NCBI GenBank assembly: GCA_965287045.1
Contig: OZ336885.1
Coordinates: forward strand, 36,890,001 to 36,954,000
Length of the DNA: 64,000 nucleotides
Source of the DNA: Carcharhinus amblyrhynchos
Lineage: Eukaryota
Reading direction: 5' to 3'
A program made the translations under genes and the position numbers. Below are positions 13,136 through 24,190 of this stretch, one piece after another (position 1 is the first letter of the stretch; every line of letters begins with the position of its first letter). Under the pieces are notes generated by a model. It made no database searches and was not told the origin of the DNA. It saw only the letters and a list, made by a program, of their open reading frames with translations.

Positions 13136-13174
13136 AGCCGACGTTTCGAGTCCAGATGACCCTTTGTCAAAGCT
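13136..13174 (-). ncRNA. Minimal (PLE-type) hammerhead ribozyme motif, U3-A8 core variant
   Basis: Minus strand: AGCU-UUGACAA-A-GGGUC-AUCUG-GACUC-GAAA-CG-UC-GGCU. Helix II is GGGUC/GACUC, helix I is AGCU/GGCU, and the triplet is GUC. Confidence 0.65.
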
Positions 13175-13222
13175 AAAAGGCATAAAAAGTGGGAGATATT
13201 TATACTGTAGTGTGAGGGAATG

Positions 13223-13580
13223 AACATAGAACATAGAACATTACAGCGCAGAACAGGCCCTTCGGCCCACGATGTTGCGCCGACCAGTTACAAAACAATG
13301 ACCCACTAACCTAAACCAATCCCTTCTCGTCCATAAACCTATCCACGGATCTCTTAAACGCCCCCAAACTAGGCGCATTTACAACTGCAGCAGGCAGGGC
13401 ATTCCAATCCCTCACCACCCTCTGGGTAAAGAACCTACCCCTGACATCCATCCTATAACTACCACCCCTTAATTTAAAGCCATGCCCCCTCGTGCTAGAT
13501 TTCTCCATCAGAGGAAAAAGGCTATTACTATCCACCCTATCTAAACCTCTAATCATCTTATATGTTTCAATAAGATCCCC
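13223..13580 (-). mobile_element. CR1/HER1 LINE 3' end, relatively young
   Basis: Open translation IRGLDRVDSNSLFPLMEKSSTRGHGFKLRGGSYRMDVRGRFFTQRVVRDWNALP. The tail is (TTCTATG)n and CpGs are retained. Confidence 0.92.
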
Positions 13581-13734
13581 AAAGATGGGTCATTGCCACA
13601 AAAGCAAGGGGAAAGGCTGCTAATGGCAGCCCATAAAGAGATTAGAAGCTGTGAATGGCCAATAGCAGAGATGCTGAAATCAAAGGGTAAGCTGTGAAAG
13701 ATGAAGGTAGAGAGGGAGACTCTCTACCAAAGAC

Positions 13735-13858
13735 ACTCTACTAATATCCATTACAAGCTCACTGACTGTCACAGCTATCTGGACTACAGCTCTTTGCACC
13801 CTACATCCTGTAAGGACTTCCTCACAGCTCCTTCCTCTCCGTTGAATTTGTTCTGATT
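13735..13858 (+). mobile_element. Penelope-like reverse transcriptase fragment (degenerate)
   Basis: Translates TNIHYKLTDCHSYLDYSSLHPTSCKD, matching the PLE YxKPTDxHSYLDYxSxHP motif. Orientation is opposite to the adjacent PLE end. Confidence 0.75.
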
Positions 13859-13894
13859 TCCTTCCTTTGTGTGACTAGCGTCTGATTTGCGAAG

Positions 13895-14030
13895 AATTTT
13901 TTTTATTCATTCTTGGGACATGGGTTTCACTGGCTGTCCAGCATTTATGACTATTTCCCTTGTTGCCCTTGAGAAGGTGGGTGGTGAGTTGCCTTCTGCA
14001 ATTGATGTTCTGCAGGTTGGCCCACAACAT
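13895..14030 (-). mobile_element. LINE-X 3' terminal fragment
   Basis: TTTTTTATTCATTCTTGGGACATGGG...TTGCCCTTGAGAAGGTGG, shared with the copies at 31068 and 40022. Confidence 0.75.
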
Positions 14031-15344
14031 GATGCAACATCTATGTTTTCAATACCTAAATATGCTTGAACTATTATTCAAGTTCAAAATTACCAATTGA
14101 AAAAAAAGTACCTCATAACTATTTTCGGGAACCATTGCTTGCGTCTTTTTAATGATTAAACTGCCTAACTACAGAAGAAATCCCATCATGTTAATCTCAG
14201 AAAATAAAAGGCAGCATTTAAATAAGGCTGCATTCAGAACAATCGTGAATGGCTGGATGAGTAATTAAGCCGATAAAATACTTGCAGATGCCTTTCTGAG
14301 TTGTGCCAGATGTATTCTCTTCATTCTGGTATATATATAGTTTGTGCGCGCACACATGCGCACTTGTATTTTTTTTTTGTTTTTTTCTATATTTAAATTA
14401 CCACCCACAACTTGACTAACTTCTTAACTACAAATAAAACAAGTTACAACAAGCTCCAGCATGTTTCAAAAAAACAGCAATACCAGCCAGTGAATGAAAT
14501 TAAAACCACAAAGTGTTAATGTGTCACATTGGAATATTTGAATTTTATGACCATATAGTGGCAAACTGCCTGATTGGAGAGAAAGTCAGTCCTTTTTTTC
14601 CTGAAATAACTTTCAGATGGAGAGTAATAAGGGTCATATGACAAATACTTGCCATTAATGCAGCCTTTTAGTCTCCATGGTACACGCAGCCAAAGTGTGG
14701 TATTAGATTGCTTAGCAACGTGACTAACAACCAGTACAGCCCCTGTTGCAATGTTTTTGTTTACTGTTTTAAATATTGAACTTTATAGAGAGAGTTACAC
14801 CGTTTGCAGTTGGGCAGTGTAGAGCTTCTCAGGGAAGTGGTGTTCCAAGATCTCCGGCTGCTGAAAGTAGTGGAGATACTGTCCTGAGGCACTTGGTGAT
14901 TCGTTTTGGTGGCCTGTTGATTTGTTTGTTACCTAATTTGGGCCTCTTATCACACGACCTTCTAATCTGACTCTGCTGCCAAAGGCTTCACTGCTGCTCA
15001 GTCACACAAGTGACTGGCTTCCTGTTTGTTTCAGGAAGTCAAGGTGCAGTGGAGGGTCTCACACATTCAGCCACAGTTTTATTGAATTAGCCTGCGTTGG
15101 AGGCGAAGTGTTTTCATAACGTAACACCTGAAAATTCCTTAAAGAAACAGCCACCGTGCGGTGGTACGGCACATTTGAATACCAATGAATTACTTTGGGA
15201 TGGGGTTTATCAGATTGATTCCAGAATCCCACAGACATTGAACTGGTGTTGCTGTAGACTGGCAGAGTGTAGGCCTTCTAATTCCCAGCGGAGCAAAGGA
15301 ATCATGGAATTGTTATAGTGCAAAAGGAGGCCATTTGGTCCATC

Positions 15345-15732
15345 AGCAGGAATTTTACCGTCCTGCCCGTCAGGGAATCGGAGCACGCGAGGGGCGGACC
15401 ATAGAAAGGTCCATTGAACCCCGGGCAGGATTTTACAGTTTGGGTTCCCGGCTTGGGGTCACTATCTGTGTGGAGATTGCATATTCCCCTTGTGTTTCCA
15501 CCAGGTGCTCCGATTTCCTCCTACAGTCCAAAAATGTGCAGGTTAGGTTGATTGGCCATGCTAAGTGGCTCCTTAGGGTCAGGGGGGTTAATAGGGTAAA
15601 TATGTGAGGTTATGGAAATAGGGCCTGGGTGGGATTGTTGTCACTGCAGACTTGGTGGATCAAATAGCCTCCTTCTGCACTGTAGGGATTCTATAGATTC
15701 CATGGGATGAGCAATGCTGCAAAATCCCACCA
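15345..15732 (+). mobile_element. ~125-bp MITE interrupted by a 5'-truncated HE1 SINE (tail type A, ~15441-15700)
   Basis: The MITE halves match the intact copies at 48020-48145 and 51844-51965. The insert has the V-domain and a GGATTCTAT tail. Confidence 0.8.
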
Positions 15733-17112
15733 ACTGTGTCTGCACCAGCTCTCCAAGCAGCATTGTGGCTACTTTCATTTTCCTGCGTTATGCCCATACT
15801 CCAGCACATTGTTTCTATTCAAGTAATGATCTAATGCCCTTTTGAATGCCTCGAATCATCATTATGCTGGCTTGAAGTACTAGCTTGTGAGTGCCATTGG
15901 TACTGACTATCAACCCCACCAGCAGCGATTCATATTTGCCTTAAGGAAACCAGAAAGCAGAGAGAGAAAACACAACTGAGCTCAAAAGAGGGTAGTACGT
16001 ACCACCAGTAAAAAGAATTCAAATCATCACAGCATATATCAAAATGAACATCACACCGACTTTGTCTAATTTTGTATTTGAAATGACTGTACCACTGGGC
16101 TCCCAATCAGAGACAAGTTGCTTGTAGGATATACCAAATATCATGCATGCTCATAGCCGCAGAAGGTGATTCAAAAGGAAGGTGCTGTATATTACACGCT
16201 ACCAGATTCAGAACACCCTGAGCAGAGTCCTTGGAATATATCCCACATCCTTCTAGCCACAGTTTATGAGTGGGCTGGGGAAGCCAAGGCAGAAAGTAAT
16301 TTGCAAAGAAGGCTTTGTATCCTAAAGAGAAAGAAAAAAATCCCTCACTCTTAAACAAACCTATGGTGTGGTTAATGAGGCCTTCGCTTCCTGAGTAAAT
16401 TTTTGTTTGGGAAGTGAGGAGAGCCAGGAGTCAGCCACACTTTGGTGTCATACCCAATAACACAAAGATGTGTTGTCAGACAGCTTACATCATTCATTAC
16501 ACTTCCACCAGTGAACAGAAGTTTGCCATTTTTGTTTCAAAAATATTTTTCTACGGTTAGGAAATATAATTTTCAAAGGTATGAAAGGTCAGGTATCACT
16601 GAAGCAAACAGACCAGAAACCAATTTAAGGCAATCACAAGCAGCAACTGTACTGAAGAAACAAGTACGGCAATAATCTGATAAAGTGAGTACCTTAATCA
16701 GGCCAGCAACAGAATTTCAAACAGTAGTGAAATCAGCAATGCACTCTGTGGATTATGCTTTACATACTTAAAAGAACAGAAATTGGCAGGGTGACAGAGC
16801 GGCGGGGAGATAGTGGTGGGGGGGAGAACAGAGGATTGGGACTCACTGATTAGCTTTTCAAACAGCTGGCAGAGATACAATGGATTGAATGGCCTTTCCC
16901 TTATGATTTTCTGCTGCTTCATCCATGTGGAGGCTGTGCAGCTACCAGTAATATAAATTGTGCCCAAAGTGGGCTTTCTCAAAAGGCTGTATAAATAAAG
17001 CATGCTGTATGCAAAGCCAGTTAGGAAGTAATTCATTATTATAGCGTGAGTCCACTGACTCCTCAAAGCTACTTGGCTTAGAAAGTCTGCCCTCAGCTTA
17101 AGGTGGAAATGA

Positions 17113-17182
17113 GCTGCGGCTTAGTTGGTGGCCACTCTTGCCTCCGAGTCAGAAGGCCGTGGATTAAAGTCTCACTCCGGGT
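17113..17182 (+). mobile_element. tRNA-like head of a DeuSINE (SacSINE1-like) fragment
   Basis: GGCTTAGTTGGT..CACTCTTGCCTCCGAGTCAGAAGG..GTGG.TT.AAGTC.CACTCC. The same head appears on the minus strand at 33035-33080. Confidence 0.55.
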
Positions 17183-18069
17183 GAATTTTATAGTGGGGTA
17201 GGGGATGCGTATTGTGCATCCACAGAAATGTCAGTCAGCAGCCAGCAGGAAAAGAGCAAGTATGACAAGCGTTGATCCTTTAGAGAGTGACTCTGAGGAA
17301 TTAATAATGGAAAATAAGGAAATTGTGAATCAATTGAATGGATATTTTGCATCTATCCTCAGTGTAGAGGATACAAATAACACCTCAGACATAATTGTGA
17401 ATCAGACAGTGAAATGGAGAGAGGAAGTTAAAACAATTGCAATTGCCATGGAAAGTCTACTGAAAACATTATTAGAGCTAAAAGCTGATAAGTCCCCAGG
17501 TCCTGATGGACTTATTTCAGGCTCTTAAAATAAATGACTGCTGAGATAGTAGATGCCTTAATTTTAATTTTCCAAAATTGCTTAGCTACTAGGAAGGTCC
17601 TGTCAGATTGAAACTAGCAAGAAGGAGGGAGACAGAAAGACAAAACTACAGGCCCATTCGCTTAACATCTGCCATCGGGAAATTGCTGGACTCTATTATT
17701 CAGGAGGTTATTGTGGGACACTTAAAAAAAATCTCAATCCAACAGGCAGAGTCAACATGGCTTTGTGAAAGGGAAATCGTGTTTGACGAACTTATTGGTA
17801 TTCTTTGAGGAAGTAACAAGCAAAATAGATAAAGGGGAACCTATAGTTGTGCTGTACTTAAGACTTCCAGAACACCTTTGACACAATGCCCCATAAAAGG
17901 TTGCCATGCAAGATAAGAGCGCTTGGCATAGGGGATAACATTTTAGAATGGATAGAGGATTGGTTAGCTGAAAAGAAATGGATAGAGATAAATGGTTCAT
18001 TTTTGGGTTGGCAATATGTGACCAGTAGAGTGCCATAGATAATGGTGTGGAGGAATCAGCTTTTTACAA

Positions 18070-18380
18070 AGACAACATAGTGGTTCGTACTGCTGCCTCA
18101 CAGCACCAGGGACCAGGGTTCCGTTCGGGTCTCAGGTGACTGTGTGGAGTTTGCACTCTCTCCCCGTATCTGCATGGGCTTCTTCCGGGTGCTTTGGTTT
18201 CCTTCCACAGTCCAAAGATGTGCGGGTTAGGTTGATTGAGCATGCTAAATTTCTCCTCAGTGTTAGAGGGGTTAGCAGGGTAAACATGGGGATTATGGGG
18301 ATAGGGCCTGGGTGGGATTGTTGTCAGTGCAGACTCGATGGGCCGAATGATCTCTTTCTGCACTGCAGGGATTCTATGAT
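18070..18380 (+). mobile_element. HE1 V-SINE, tail type A (CR1/HER1-like tail), nested in CR1
   Basis: tRNA-like head, V-domain, and the tail GACTCGATGGGCCGAATG...GGATTCTATGA. Confidence 0.9.
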
Positions 18381-18640
18381 ATTGATCACTAAGATGAAAG
18401 GACTGAATGTACAGTTGCTAAATTTGATTATGATAGAAAGATAGGTAGGCAGGTATATTGTGAAGAGTCCGCAAAGGGAAATAGGTTAAGTGAATGGGCA
18501 AAAATTTGGTCGATGGAGTATTACATGGGAAAATGTGAACTTGTCCACTTTGGCAAGAAGAACAGAAAAGCAACATATTATTTAAATGGAGAAAGAATTA
18601 GATAAGAGGGATCTGGGTGCCCTGGTACATAAATCACAAA

Positions 18641-19748
18641 TTACATGGGATACAGGTAATTTGATAAAGTGGATTAAAAATTGGCTCAGTTGTAGGAAAC
18701 AGAAGGCGATGACAGAAGGCTGCTTTAGTGAAGTGGAAGCCAGTGTCCAGTGGTGTATCATAGGGATTTGTGTTGGGCCTTCTATTATTTATCATTTATA
18801 TAAATTACATTGACGACTATGTGGGGGGTAAGTTTGCAGGTGACACAAAGATTGGACGGGTGGTTAACAGTGAGGCAGAGTATCTTGGGTTACAAGAAGA
18901 TATAGACAGAATAGTTAAACGGGCAGATAATTGGCAGATAGAATTTCAACCTGAAATGTGTGAGGTGATACAATGTGGAAGGAGTAAGTTGACAAGAAAG
19001 TACTCAATAAAAGATAGGACACTAGGAAGTTCTATGGAACAAAGGGACCTTGGCATGTTTGCCCACAGATCTCTGAAAGCAGGACATATTAGTAGGGGGC
19101 GAAAAATGCATATGTGACACTCGCCTTTATCAATCGAAGCGAGGATTACAAAAGCAGGGAAGTCATGTTGGAAGTATAGAACATTGGTAAGGCCACAGCT
19201 AGAGTACTGTCTGCAGTTCTAGTCTCCACATTATAGGAAGAACATGACTGCACTGGAGAGGGTGCAGAGGAGATTCACCAAAATGCTACCTGGGTTGGAA
19301 CATTTAAGTTATGGAGAGAGGTTGCATAAGCTTTGTTGTTTTTATTGGAGTGTTTCATTGAGGGATGACATGATCGAGGTGTACAAGATTATGAGAATCA
19401 TGGACAGAGTGGATAAGGAGCAGCTATTCACCTTAGTTGAAGGATCAGTCACAAGGGGACATAGGTTCAAAGTGAGGGGCAGGAGGATTAGGGGGGAATG
19501 TAATGAAAAACATCTTTACCCAGAGGCTGGTGACAGTCTAGAATGTGCTGCCTGGGATGGTGGTAGAGACAGGTTGCTTTACATCCTTTAAGAAGTATCT
19601 AGATGAACACTTGACACATCATAACATTCAGAACTTTGGACTAAATGCTGGCAGATTGGATTAGATGGAAATTCAGCTGTTTCTAATGTGCCAGCGTGGA
19701 CTCGATGGGCCAAAGGGCCTCTTCTGCTCTGTATGGTTCTATGATTCT
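18641..19748 (+). mobile_element. Second CR1 subfamily copy nested inside the older CR1
   Basis: Has its own RT motifs (LFIIYINYIDD..KFAGDTKIG; LERVQRRFTKMLPG) and its own 3' tail TTCTATGATTCT. The host CR1 breaks at ...GTACATAAATCACAAA and resumes at AAAAGTCAGTATGCAG. Confidence 0.88.
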
Positions 19749-21089
19749 GTGAAAAGTCAGTATGCAGACAATACAAGTGATTAGGAAGGCAAATGGAACA
19801 TTGTTGTTTGTTGCAAGGGGAATGAGTTATTATATTGGAGATATTTGCTACAGTTTTAGAGGATGTTGGTGAGGCCACATCTGGAATACTGTGTACAGTT
19901 TTGGTCTCCTTATTTAAGAAAGAATAAATATTTTAGAAGCAGTTCAGAGAAGGCTCACTTGACTGATACCTGGGATGGGGATTTCTTTATGAAGAAAGAT
20001 TGGACATGCTGGCCCTGAATCTGGTCAAGTTTAGAAAAATGTGAGGTGACCTTATTGAAACATATAAGATCCTGCGGGGATTTGACAGTGTGGATGCTGG
20101 AAGGATGTTTCCCCTTTGGGAGAGATGAGAACAAGGGACACAATTTAAAATTAAGGGGTCTCCCATTTAAGATGGAGGAGACATTATTTTCTCTCAAAGA
20201 ATCATGAGCTAGAGCCCTCAGACAATAATGGAGGCAAAGCAATTGAATACTTTTAGGCCAGAGGTCAATAGATTCTTGACTGCAAGGAAGTCAAAGATTA
20301 TAGGCGGTAAAATGTAGAGTCGAGGCCACAGTCAGATCAACAAAGACCTTATTGAATGGTGGAACAGGCTCCAGGTGGCAAATAGCCTTCTCCTGCTTTT
20401 ATTCATGTGCTTTAACAGGGCTGCCCCACTGTGATAATATGCTGGGGGGGGCCTTAAAGAGATGAAATGGAATTTCCGCCCCACCCTGGCATCAGAAATC
20501 CTGTCTATTGAGAACACAGAGATGCTACCAGATATACCGCAAATACAGGCACCACCAATGTGAAGCAGGCACACATGCTTTCTGAGAACATATAGATCAT
20601 ACAAGGCTATATTCAATTATTAATTGGTCCAAACTTAGCAAGGATTGATTGACAGGCAGCTGAGTAACTGCAGCAACCCCAGAATATAGTAATGGTCATT
20701 ACTGGGAATGCGCAGAGTCCTGGGATGAAGACTATGGATACCAGACTTCAAGGTAAGTCCAGGGGTTTTGGTCAGGAAAGGAACAGGAATCCTAGCTAGG
20801 GGTGGAGTGAGGGAGGGTTTGGGTGTTGGAAAATGCAGGAGAGGAGGGGAAGGTATCATTCTGGGTAGGCCGCACTCCATGAGGGGACTGCCCCTCCCTC
20901 CTCTGCCAAGGGAGGCACCCCCGTTCCTTTTCCCTTTTTACCCCAAGTCAGGAAGGTAGCAGGTTGGCCAAATTCTTTCCACCTTCCTTGGTGCACAATA
21001 ATAGGGGAGAGAACTCAGAGGCAGACAGAAAGGTGGTGGGTGAGCCGCCTGTTTTATTCCACCATGAGCATAAAAGCCAATACTGAAAC

Positions 21090-21255
21090 TCAAGTGTGGT
21101 ACTGAGAGAGTGCCATGCTTTTGGGGGTACTCTTAGAGGAGATGAAAGATCCCACAGAATTATTTTAAAGAAAAGCAGGGAAATTAGCCCAGGTGTCCTG
21201 GCCAATCCTTATCTTTCAAAAAAACACCACAGATTATCTGGGAATTATCATTCCA
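21090..21255 (+). mobile_element. DeuSINE (SacSINE1/AmnSINE1-like) Deu-domain fragment
   Basis: GTACTGAGAGAGTGC...AAAGATCCCA...AAGAAAAGCAGGG...GGTGTCCTGGCCAAT...CAGATTATCTGG. Confidence 0.65.
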
Positions 21256-21261
21256 ACATTT

Positions 21262-21440
21262 CATGGAATTCCCTACACTACATAAGAAGGCCATTTGGCC
21301 CATCGAGCCTGCAATGACAACAATCCCACCCAGGCCGCATCCCCGTCACCCAACTATTTACCCTGCTAATCCTGCTGACACTAAGGGGCAATCAACCTAA
21401 CCCGCAAATCTTTAGACTGTGGGAGGGAACCGGAGCACCG
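21262..21440 (-). mobile_element. HE1 V-SINE type A, 3' half
   Basis: Reverse complement of the type-A tail and part of the V-domain. Confidence 0.85.
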
Positions 21441-21559
21441 ATTTAACCCCTGAATGACTTAGCACTAATTTTAAGATTGCCCTCTTGGTCTGATTTCCCC
21501 CACCAAGAGAAATGGTTTATCTGTTTCTACTCAAATTTCTTTGCCATTTTAAACATCCC

Positions 21560-21810
21560 AAGTTAAGTTTATTTATTAGTGTCACAAGTAGGCTTATATT
21601 AACACCGCAATGAAGTTACTGTGAAAATCCCTTAGTCGCCACACTCTGGCGCCTGTTTGGGTGCACTGAGGGAAAATTTAACACGGCCAATGCACCTAAC
21701 CAGCACGTCTTTCAAACTGTGGGAGGGAACCAGAACACCCGGAGGAAACACACGCAGATACGGGGAGAACGTGCAGACTCTGCACAGTGACCCAAGCTAA
21801 GAATCGATTA
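21560..21810 (-). mobile_element. HE1-like V-SINE type B (head truncated)
   Basis: AAGTTTATTTATTAGTGTCACAAGTAGGCTTA...GAGAACGTGCAGACTC. Confidence 0.88.
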
Positions 21811-22544
21811 AATCACCTGAAGGGAACAAATTTAGAAGGAATAATAATGAATTACCAATTAAATTTTTTGGGCTCCCCAACTCCCCGACAGAAATATCCG
21901 TTCCCACGCAAGCTGTTTACCATCCTAGTTTCAATCCTGGACACACCCTTGAGGCACCAGCAACATTCCCGACTCCCATTTGTGCCATTTGGTTCTGTTC
22001 AGGCTGTTTTGCTTATTGTGCAAACTGCAACATTTCTGCGAAACCACAGTCTCATAATGCTGGTGCTGAGCATTACCTGATTATTTACTGTTGCTGATTA
22101 ATTGCTGACACGTTATTCCTGCGAGCTTATGAACTTAATTAGGTAGCAGTTGAGTGTGGTGCCGATTCGCTGCGGGTTTGTTGGCACATTCCCACCTGCA
22201 CCATAAGCAAAACTTTGAGCAAAACCACATGTCCAAAATTAATGTGAGGCAAAAAGAATGTCTCTCGGATTGAAGTCGGGATTGTTTTAGCTTGAAGTCT
22301 CACAGCTACATAAGAAATGAATAAAATTGAAAGAGGAGTGGGATGATTGCTAAAGGCTGCTTCATACCACTTACAAAGGGAATAATTTGTAAGCCACAAA
22401 GAGGTGAAAGGGAAAATAACCACTAAAGTCTGACAGCCGAGCTCTGCTTACATTCACTAATGTTATCCATGGTTTCTTTCTTTCTTTCTGTAGAGTCTTC
22501 TTTTTCTAAGAGATTCTGTTTATGAGAGTTATTAATACAGTAGG

Positions 22545-22882
22545 AAAGATAGAAATCATCAAATCCCAACAGTGCAGGAGACTATTCGGTCCATCAAGGC
22601 TGCATTGACAACAGTCCCACCCAATCTCTATCCTTGTATCTTTACGTATTTACCTGTCAATTTCCCTGACAATAGGGAGAATTTAGCATGGCCAATCAAC
22701 CTAATCCACATATCTTTGGAGTGTGGGAGGAAACCGGAGTAACTGGAGGAAACCTAAGCAGACATGGGGAGAACTTGCAAACTTCACATGCACATAGTCA
22801 CCTGGGTCTGGAATTGAACCTGGATCCCTGGCGCTGTGAGACAGGGCAGCAGTGCGAACCACTGGGCCACCATGCCGCCCGG
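22545..22882 (-). mobile_element. HE1 V-SINE type A, full length
   Basis: Head GGGCGGCATGGTGGCCCAGTGG on the minus strand, followed by the V-domain and type-A tail. Confidence 0.88.
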
Positions 22883-22979
22883 GGTGGTAGTTAACAATGA
22901 GGCGGCTGACTTGCTGACACAGCCCTGCTATGCCACCATCTTCATCTGGGCTAACGCTTGGGAAGCCCTGCTACACATC

Positions 22980-23680
22980 CGATTCAAAGGTGGAACAAAG
23001 GGAACTTGGCATGTTGGTCCACAGATCTCGGAAGGTGGAAGGACATGTTAGTAGGGTGGGGAAAAAGGCATGCGAGACGTTTGCCTTTATCAATCAACGC
23101 ATTGATTACAAAAGCAAGGAAGTCATTTTGGAGTTGTGTAGAACTTTGGTGAGGCCACAGCCAGAGTACTACGTGCAGTTCCGATCGCCACATTATAAGA
23201 AGGATGGGATTGCACTAGAGAGGATGCAGAGGAAATTTAGAAGGATGCTGCCTGGGATGGAGCATTTAAATTATAAAGAGAGATTGGATAGGCTTGAGTT
23301 GTTTTTGTTGGAGCAGAGAATACTGAGTGGGCGACCCGATCGAATGGATATGGAGCAGCTGTTCCCCTTAGTTGAACCTATGTCATGAGAGGACATAGGT
23401 TCAGGATGAGAGGCAGAAGGTTTAGGGGGGGATGTGAGGAAAAACATTTTCACCCAGAGAGTGGTGCTGGTCTGGAATGAACTGCCTGGGAAGACGTCAG
23501 AGATAGCGTGCTTCACATCCATTAAAAAGGTACCTGGGTGTGTACTTGGCACATTATAACATTCAGGGTTATGGGCCAAATGCTGGCAGATGGGATTAGG
23601 TGGGAATTCAGGCGTTTCTAATGTGTTGGTACAGACTCAATTGGCCGAAGAGTCTCTTTCGCACTGTATGATTCTATGAA
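22980..23680 (+). mobile_element. CR1 LINE 3' fragment (same subfamily as 18641-19748)
   Basis: The 152-aa ORF contains LVRPQPEYYVQFRSPHY..LERMQRKFRRMLPG. The tail is GTATGATTCTATGA. Confidence 0.92.
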
Positions 23681-23892
23681 TCAAGCATCAGCCTCATTAG
23701 ACCTGGGAGATTGAGCTCCTCTGGCATACGTTGGTACTGGGTGCAGTTTTAAAGGCCCATATGGAGGAGCTTGTTCTCAGTAATATCTGTTTTTCCAGTG
23801 GAAAGGGCCCCAAAAATGTATGTCTAATATTTTTTCTCTGCAGCCAGGAGTAGCAGCTGCGCTGACACAGGCTTCTCAGGGCTTCACCATGA

Positions 23893-24190
23893 ATAGCACA
23901 GTGGCACAGTGGTTAGCACTGCTGCCTCACAGCACCAGGGACCCAGGTTCAATTGGGAGACTGTGGAGCTGCACTTTCTCCCCATGTCTGCATGCATTTC
24001 CTTCAGATGCTCCGATTTCCTCCTACAGTCCAAAAGATGTGCAAGTTAGTTTGATTGGTCATGCTAAATTGCCTCTTAGCGTCAGGGGGCTAGCAGGGTA
24101 AATATGTGGGGTTAAGGGGATAGGCCAGTGTGGGATTGTTGTTGGTGCAGACTCAATGGACTGAATGGCCTCATGCTGCACTATGGATTC
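23893..24190 (+). mobile_element. HE1 V-SINE type A
   Basis: GCACAGTGGCACAGTGGTTAGCACTGCTGCCTCACAGC head and type-A tail. Confidence 0.88.

Larger units (their letters stand above)
13070..13720 (-). mobile_element. Penelope-like element terminal region, interrupted by a CR1 insertion (13223-13580)
   Basis: Minus strand ends ...GACTCGAAACGTCGGCTCTTTTCTCTCCTTACAGATGCT..AGACTTGCTGAGATTTTTCAGCATTTTC, a typical vertebrate PLE pseudo-LTR end with a hammerhead core. A PLE RT fragment is adjacent. Confidence 0.75.
17230..20410 (+). mobile_element. Decayed long CR1 LINE (ORF2 tether/RT/3'UTR) carrying nested insertions
   Basis: Motifs LNGYFASI, LKADKSPGPDG, NYRPIRLTSAIGKLL, EYCVQFWSPYL and LIETYKILRG, with many stops and frameshifts. 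Confidence 0.92.
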
